Source of the DNA: Escherichia coli
GTDB taxonomy: Bacteria > Pseudomonadota > Gammaproteobacteria > Enterobacterales > Enterobacteriaceae
Reading direction: 5' to 3' (one strand)
NCBI RefSeq assembly: GCF_016903815.1
Contig: NZ_CP069973.1
DNA: 64,000 bases
Of this stretch, positions 58,686 through 64,000 are shown piece by piece (position 1 is the stretch's first letter; every line of letters starts with the position of its first letter). The notes below the pieces were generated by a model. That model saw nothing but the letters and a program-made list of their open reading frames with translations, searched no databases and had not been told where the DNA came from. A program made the translations under genes and the position numbers.

Positions 58686-60390
58686 TTCATCGTCAAATCG
58701 TGGCGAAGCGATTCTCGCCGCCCTGAAAACGCAGTTCCCCGGCGCGGTGCTGGATGAAGAGCGACAAACGCCTGAACAGGTCACCATTACGGTGAAAATC
58801 AATCTGCTGCCTGACGTTGTGCATTATCTTTATTATCAACATGATGGCTGGCTTCCAGTCCTGTTTGGCAACGACGAGCGGACACTTAACGGTCATTACG
58901 CGGTTTATTATGCCCTTTCTATGGAAGGGGCCGAAAAATGCTGGATCGTGGTGAAGGCACTGGTCGATGCCGACAGTCGGGAGTTTCCGTCAGTCACACC
59001 GCGCGTCCCTGCCGCGGTCTGGGGCGAGCGAGAAATTCGCGATATGTACGGGCTGATTCCGGTTGGCCTGCCGGATCAGCGTCGGCTGGTGTTGCCCGAT
59101 GACTGGCCGGAAGATATGCATCCGCTGCGCAAAGACGCGATGGATTATCGACTGCGCCCAGAACCGACGACTGATACCGAAACGTATCCGTTTATCAACG
59201 AGGGCAACAGCGATGCGCGGGTTATCCCTGTCGGCCCGCTGCATATCACCTCCGATGAACCAGGTCACTTCCGCTTGTTTGTGGATGGCGAGCAAATTGT
59301 CGATGCTGATTACCGCCTGTTTTATGTCCATCGCGGCATGGAGAAACTGGCAGAAACGCGGATGGGCTACAACGAAGTGACCTTCTTATCCGACCGCGTG
59401 TGTGGGATTTGCGGTTTTGCCCACAGTGTGGCCTATACCAACTCGGTTGAAAATGCACTGGGGATTGAGGTGCCGCAACGAGCGCATACTATTCGCTCGA
59501 TTCTGCTGGAAGTCGAACGGCTGCATAGTCATTTGCTCAACCTTGGCCTCTCCTGCCATTTTGTTGGATTTGATACCGGCTTTATGCAATTTTTCCGCGT
59601 GCGGGAAAAGTCGATGACGATGGCGGAATTGCTGACCGGGTCGCGTAAAACCTACGGTCTGAATCTGATTGGTGGTGTTCGCCGCGATATTCTCAAAGAG
59701 CAACGTCTGCAAACGCTGAAACTGGTGCGCGAGATGCGCGCCGACGTGTCGGAGCTGGTAGAGATGCTGCTTGCCACGCCGAATATGGAACAACGCACTC
59801 AGGGCATTGGCATTCTCGACCGACAAATCGCCCGTGATTATAGCCCTGTCGGGCCGCTGATCCGCGGCAGTGGTTTTGCCCGTGATTTGCGCTTTGATCA
59901 CCCCTACGCCGACTACGGCAATATTCCCAAAACGCTGTTTACCTTTACCGGCGGCGATGTCTTCTCCCGCGTGATGGTCCGTGTCAAAGAGACGTTTGAT
60001 TCGCTGGCAATGCTGGAATTTGCCCTCGACAACATGCCGGATACCCCACTGCTGACCGAAGGCTTTAGCTATAAACCTCACGCATTCGCGCTGGGCTTTG
60101 TTGAAGCGCCACGTGGTGAAGACGTGCACTGGAGCATGCTCGGTGATAACCAAAAATTGTTCCGCTGGCGCTGTCGTGCCGCCACCTACGCCAACTGGCC
60201 AGTGCTGCGTTACATGCTGCGCGGCAATACCGTTTCTGACGCACCGCTGATTATCGGTAGCCTTGATCCCTGCTACTCCTGTACCGACCGTGTGACGCTG
60301 GTTGATGTGCGCAAGCGCCAGTCAAAAACCGTGCCGTATAAAGAGATCGAACGCTACGGCATTGATCGTAACCGTTCGCCGCTGAAGTAA
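58675..60390 (+). CDS. hyfG: Hydrogenase-4 [NiFe] large catalytic subunit HyfG; start assigned to GTG 58675 (start uncertain)
   Basis: ORF track 58630..60390; GTG at 58675 preceded by GGAGA SD gives (M)[13 protein letters not shown]...; C-terminal DPCYSCTDR metal-binding motif; overlaps hyfF by 11 nt. Confidence 0.85.
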   Translation: MNVNSSSNRGEAILAALKTQFPGAVLDEERQTPEQVTITVKINLLPDVVHYLYYQHDGWLPVLFGNDERTLNGHYAVYYALSMEGAEKCWIVVKALVDADSREFPSVTPRVPAAVWGEREIRDMYGLIPVGLPDQRRLVLPDDWPEDMHPLRKDAMDYRLRPEPTTDTETYPFINEGNSDARVIPVGPLHITSDEPGHFRLFVDGEQIVDADYRLFYVHRGMEKLAETRMGYNEVTFLSDRVCGICGFAHSVAYTNSVENALGIEVPQRAHTIRSILLEVERLHSHLLNLGLSCHFVGFDTGFMQFFRVREKSMTMAELLTGSRKTYGLNLIGGVRRDILKEQRLQTLKLVREMRADVSELVEMLLATPNMEQRTQGIGILDRQIARDYSPVGPLIRGSGFARDLRFDHPYADYGNIPKTLFTFTGGDVFSRVMVRVKETFDSLAMLEFALDNMPDTPLLTEGFSYKPHAFALGFVEAPRGEDVHWSMLGDNQKLFRWRCRAATYANWPVLRYMLRGNTVSDAPLIIGSLDPCYSCTDRVTLVDVRKRQSKTVPYKEIERYGIDRNRSPLK

Positions 60391-60399
60391 GGACAGAAG

Positions 60400-60945
60400 A
60401 TGCTGAAGTTACTGAAAACTATTATGCGCGCCGGAACCGCGACGGTGAAATATCCCTTCGCGCCACTGGAGGTCAGCCCAGGCTTTCGCGGGAAACCGGA
60501 CCTGATGCCCAGCCAATGTATTGCCTGCGGTGCCTGCGCTTGTGCTTGTCCGGCAAATGCGCTGACTATCCAGACCGACGACCAGCAAAATACGCGCACC
60601 TGGCAGCTCTATCTGGGGCGTTGTATTTACTGCGGACGTTGTGAAGAAGTGTGCCCGACCAGAGCCATTCAGCTTACCAATAACTTTGAACTGACCGTCA
60701 CCAATAAAGCCGATCTCTATACCCGCGCGACGTTCCATCTACAACGTTGCAGCCGTTGCGAACGCCCGTTTGCCCCGCAAAAAACCGTCGCACTGGCTGC
60801 TGAATTGTTGGCACAGCAACAAAATGCGCCACAAAACCGCGAAATGTTATGGGCGCAAGCGAGCGTCTGCCCGGAGTGCAAACAACGCGCGACGCTGATC
60901 AACGACGACACAGATGAACCGCTGGTGGCTAAGGAGCAGCTATGA
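60400..60945 (+). CDS. hyfH: Hydrogenase-4 ferredoxin-type subunit HyfH (181 aa)
   Basis: ORF track 60400..60945; two CxxCxxCxxxCP motifs. Confidence 0.92.
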   Translation: MLKLLKTIMRAGTATVKYPFAPLEVSPGFRGKPDLMPSQCIACGACACACPANALTIQTDDQQNTRTWQLYLGRCIYCGRCEEVCPTRAIQLTNNFELTVTNKADLYTRATFHLQRCSRCERPFAPQKTVALAAELLAQQQNAPQNREMLWAQASVCPECKQRATLINDDTDEPLVAKEQL

Positions 60946-61700
60946 GTCCAGTGCTTACGCAACATGTCAGCCAGCCCATAACGCTGGACGAGCAAACGCA
61001 AAAGATAAAGCAGCATTTGCTACAGGATATCCGTCGCTCGGCTTACGTTTATCGCGTCGATTGCGGCGGCTGCAACGCCTGCGAAATCGAAATTTTTGCC
61101 GCCATCACACCCGTATTCGACGCAGAACGTTTTGGCATTAAGGTTGTTTCATCACCACGTCACGCCGATATTTTGTTATTTACTGGCGCAGTCACCCGAG
61201 CGATGCGTATGCCTGCACTTCGGGCATATGAGTCTGCCCCCGATCATAAAATCTGTGTTTCCTACGGCGCGTGTGGTGTCGGCGGCGGTATTTTCCACGA
61301 TCTCTACAGCGTCTGGGGCGGCAGCGACACCATTGTCCCCATTGATGTTTGGATCCCCGGCTGCCCGCCAACACCGGCCGCCACCATTCACGGTTTCGCC
61401 GTGGCGCTCGGTTTGCTGCAACAGAAGATTCACGCGGTGGATTATCGCGATCCCACCGGGGTGACCATGCAACCGCTGTGGCCGCAGATCCCGCCATCAC
61501 AGCGTATCGCCGTTGAGCGAGAAGCGCGGCGGCTGGCGGGCTATCGTCAGGGGCGAGAAATTTGCGATCGGCTCCTGCGCCATTTAAGCGACGATCCTAC
61601 AGGAAATCGGGTTAACACCTGGTTGCGCGAAGCTGACGATCCGCGTCTCAATAGTATCGTTCAGCAACTCTTTCGCATTCTCCGGGGGTTACATGGCTGA
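60942..61700 (+). CDS. hyfI: Hydrogenase-4 [NiFe] small subunit HyfI (252 aa, NuoB-like)
   Basis: ORF track 60942..61700. Confidence 0.92.
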   Translation: MSPVLTQHVSQPITLDEQTQKIKQHLLQDIRRSAYVYRVDCGGCNACEIEIFAAITPVFDAERFGIKVVSSPRHADILLFTGAVTRAMRMPALRAYESAPDHKICVSYGACGVGGGIFHDLYSVWGGSDTIVPIDVWIPGCPPTPAATIHGFAVALGLLQQKIHAVDYRDPTGVTMQPLWPQIPPSQRIAVEREARRLAGYRQGREICDRLLRHLSDDPTGNRVNTWLREADDPRLNSIVQQLFRILRGLHG

Positions 61701-62106
61701 GGAGTGCAGGGAAATTGTTTTCTGGACGCTGCGAAAAAAGTTTGTCGCCAGTAGCGACGAGATGCCGGAACACAGCTCTCAGGTAATGTATTACTCGCTG
61801 GCTATCGGTCATCACGTTGGCGTGATTGATTGCCTGAGTGTCGCCTTCCGCTGCCCACTGACGGAATACGAAGATTGGCTTGCACAGGTCGAAGAGGAGC
61901 AAGCCCGACGTAAGATGCTGGGGGTGATGACCTTTGGTGAGATTGTTATTGACGCCAGCCACACCGCCCTGTTGACCCGGGCATTCGCGCCACTGGCAGA
62001 TGACGCGATGTCGGCGTGGCAGGCGCGTAGCATTCAATTCATTCATCTGTTGGATGAAATTGTGCAGGAACCGGCCATCTATCTGATGGCCAGAAAAATT
62101 GCGTGA
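61693..62106 (+). CDS. hyfJ: Hydrogenase-4 component HyfJ (137 aa, HycH-like maturation factor)
   Basis: ORF track 61693..62106. Confidence 0.9.
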   Translation: MAEECREIVFWTLRKKFVASSDEMPEHSSQVMYYSLAIGHHVGVIDCLSVAFRCPLTEYEDWLAQVEEEQARRKMLGVMTFGEIVIDASHTALLTRAFAPLADDAMSAWQARSIQFIHLLDEIVQEPAIYLMARKIA

Positions 62107-62135
62107 GAAGGATTTCTCATTAATAAGGACTGTTG

Positions 62136-64000
62136 ATGGCTATGTCAGACGAGGCGATGTTTGCCCCGCCGCAAGGAATAACAATTGAAGCGGTAAACGG
62201 AATGCTCGCGGAGCGGTTAGCGCAGAAACACGGCAAGGCGTCTTTATTACGCGCCTTCATCCCGCTGCCGCCGCCGTTCAGCCCGGTACAACTTATTGAA
62301 CTGCATGTTCTCAAAAGCAACTTCTATTACCGCTACCATGATGATGGCAGCGATGTGACGGCAACAACAGAGTATCAGAGTGAGATGGTCGATTATTCGC
62401 GCCACGCCGTCCTTCTCGGCAGTAGTGGAATGGCGGAGCTACGCTTTATTCGCACCCACGGCAGTCGTTTTACTCCCCAGGATTGCACACTGTTTAACTG
62501 GCTGGCGCGGATAATCACCCCGGTTCTGCAATCATGGCTCAATGATGAAGAACAGCAGGTGGCGCTGCGTTTGCTGGAGAAAGATCGCGATCATCATCGG
62601 GTACTGGTGGATATCACTAATGCAGTGTTGTCACATCTTGATCTCGACGATCTGATCGCTGACGTCGCTCGTGAGATCCATCATTTTTTCGGTCTGGCTT
62701 CAGTCAGTATGGTACTGGGCGATCATCGAAAGAACGAGAAGTTCAGCCTGTGGTGCAGCGATCTTTCTGCCTCACATTGTGCGTGTCTGCCACGCTGTAT
62801 GCCTGGCGAAAGTGTATTGCTGACACAAACGCTACAAACCCGACAACCGACCTTGACGCACCGTGCAGACGATCTGTTTCTCTGGCAACGCGACCCGTTA
62901 TTACACTTACTTGCATCTAACGGCTGCGAATCTGCGCTCCTTATACCGCTCACCTTTGGCAACCATACACCGGGCGCATTGTTGCTGGCGCATACCTCTT
63001 CCACTCTCTTTAGTGAGGAAAACTGCCAGCTACTACAACATATTGCCGATCGCATCGCTATTGCCGTTGGCAATGCCGATGCCTGGCGCAGCATGACCGA
63101 TTTGCAGGAAAGCTTGCAGCAAGAAAACCACCAGCTTAGCGAGCAGCTCCTTTCGAATCTGGGCGTCGGTGACATTATCTATCAAAGCCAGGCAATGGAA
63201 GATTTGCTCCAGCAGGTAGATATTGTGGCGAAGAGCGACAGTACGGTGTTGATTTGTGGTGAAACCGGAACCGGCAAAGAGGTGATCGCCAGAGCGATCC
63301 ATCAACTTAGCCCACGACGCGACAAGCCACTGGTCAAAATCAACTGCGCTGCCATCCCCGCCAGTCTTCTGGAAAGTGAGTTATTCGGTCATGACAAAGG
63401 GGCATTTACTGGTGCGATTAATACCCATCGTGGTCGTTTTGAAATTGCCGATGGCGGCACGTTGTTTCTCGATGAAATTGGCGATCTGCCGTTAGAACTT
63501 CAGCCTAAACTGCTGCGCGTATTGCAGGAACGGGAGATTGAGCGTCTCGGCGGGAGTAGAACGATCCCGGTAAATGTCAGAGTCATTGCCGCCACCAACC
63601 GTGATTTGTGGCAAATGGTTGAAGATCGCCAGTTTCGCAGCGATCTCTTTTATCGCCTGAATGTCTTCCCACTGGAACTGCCGCCACTGCGCGACCGTCC
63701 GGAAGATATCCCTCTTTTAGCAAAGCATTTCACGCAAAAAATGGCGCGCCATATGAATCGCGCAATTGACGCCATCCCGACCGAGGCGCTACGCCAGTTG
63801 ATGTCGTGGGACTGGCCGGGCAACGTGCGCGAGCTGGAAAACGTGATTGAGCGAGCGGTACTACTGACTCGCGGTAACAGTCTGAATTTACATCTTAATG
63901 TCCGACAAAGCCGTTTACTGCCGACGCTAAATGAAGATTCAGCGCTTCGCAGTTCAATGGCGCAGTTGCTGCACCCGACGACGCCAGAGAATGACGAAGA
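62136..64000 (+). CDS. hyfR: Sigma54-dependent transcriptional activator HyfR (FhlA-like), 3'-truncated by the window end
   Basis: ATG at 62136 with TAAGGA SD; frame open to 64000; translation has GAF-like N-terminus and AAA+ region with GETGTGKE and GAFTGA motifs; not in ORF track because no stop in window. Confidence 0.88.
   Translation, partial: MAMSDEAMFAPPQGITIEAVNGMLAERLAQKHGKASLLRAFIPLPPPFSPVQLIELHVLKSNFYYRYHDDGSDVTATTEYQSEMVDYSRHAVLLGSSGMAELRFIRTHGSRFTPQDCTLFNWLARIITPVLQSWLNDEEQQVALRLLEKDRDHHRVLVDITNAVLSHLDLDDLIADVAREIHHFFGLASVSMVLGDHRKNEKFSLWCSDLSASHCACLPRCMPGESVLLTQTLQTRQPTLTHRADDLFLWQRDPLLHLLASNGCESALLIPLTFGNHTPGALLLAHTSSTLFSEENCQLLQHIADRIAIAVGNADAWRSMTDLQESLQQENHQLSEQLLSNLGVGDIIYQSQAMEDLLQQVDIVAKSDSTVLICGETGTGKEVIARAIHQLSPRRDKPLVKINCAAIPASLLESELFGHDKGAFTGAINTHRGRFEIADGGTLFLDEIGDLPLELQPKLLRVLQEREIERLGGSRTIPVNVRVIAATNRDLWQMVEDRQFRSDLFYRLNVFPLELPPLRDRPEDIPLLAKHFTQKMARHMNRAIDAIPTEALRQLMSWDWPGNVRELENVIERAVLLTRGNSLNLHLNVRQSRLLPTLNEDSALRSSMAQLLHPTTPENDE

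Overview
This window is a contiguous stretch of Escherichia coli core chromosome, running from the 5' end of cysP to the 5' part of hyfR, and I could not find a previously undescribed system in it. All calls rest on reading the six-frame ORF track and the sequence by eye and on recalled protein families; no database search or alignment was run. Gene order is cysP'-ucpA-murRQP-yfeW-[IS200-like element]-yfeXYZ-ypeA-amiA-hemF-eutRKLCBAHGJENMDTQPS-maeB-talA-tktB-ypfG-nudK-aegA-narQ-acrD-ypfM-yffB-dapE-ypfN-ypfH-tmcA-ypfJ-purC-bamC-dapA-gcvR-bcp-hyfABCDEFGHIJ-hyfR'. Every long ORF is accounted for by a known gene, and I saw no rRNA, tRNA, CRISPR array, integrase or prophage block. The points worth a second look are strain-level and regulatory: (1) an IS200/IS605-family element between the convergent genes yfeW and yfeX; (2) an in-frame TAA that appears to truncate yfeZ; (3) an uninterrupted 17-gene eut operon, with eutA and eutB only 11 bp apart, where K-12 as I recall carries the CPZ-55 prophage; (4) two copies of a roughly 57-bp GC-rich palindromic repeat 13 kb apart, plus REP/BIME elements; (5) a sigma54-type -24/-12 promoter with upstream inverted repeats ahead of hyfA; (6) structured intergenic segments inside the eut operon; (7) a PurR-box-like palindrome upstream of purC. 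ORF-track coordinates include the stop codon, and several N-termini were trimmed to the start I recall for the known protein.
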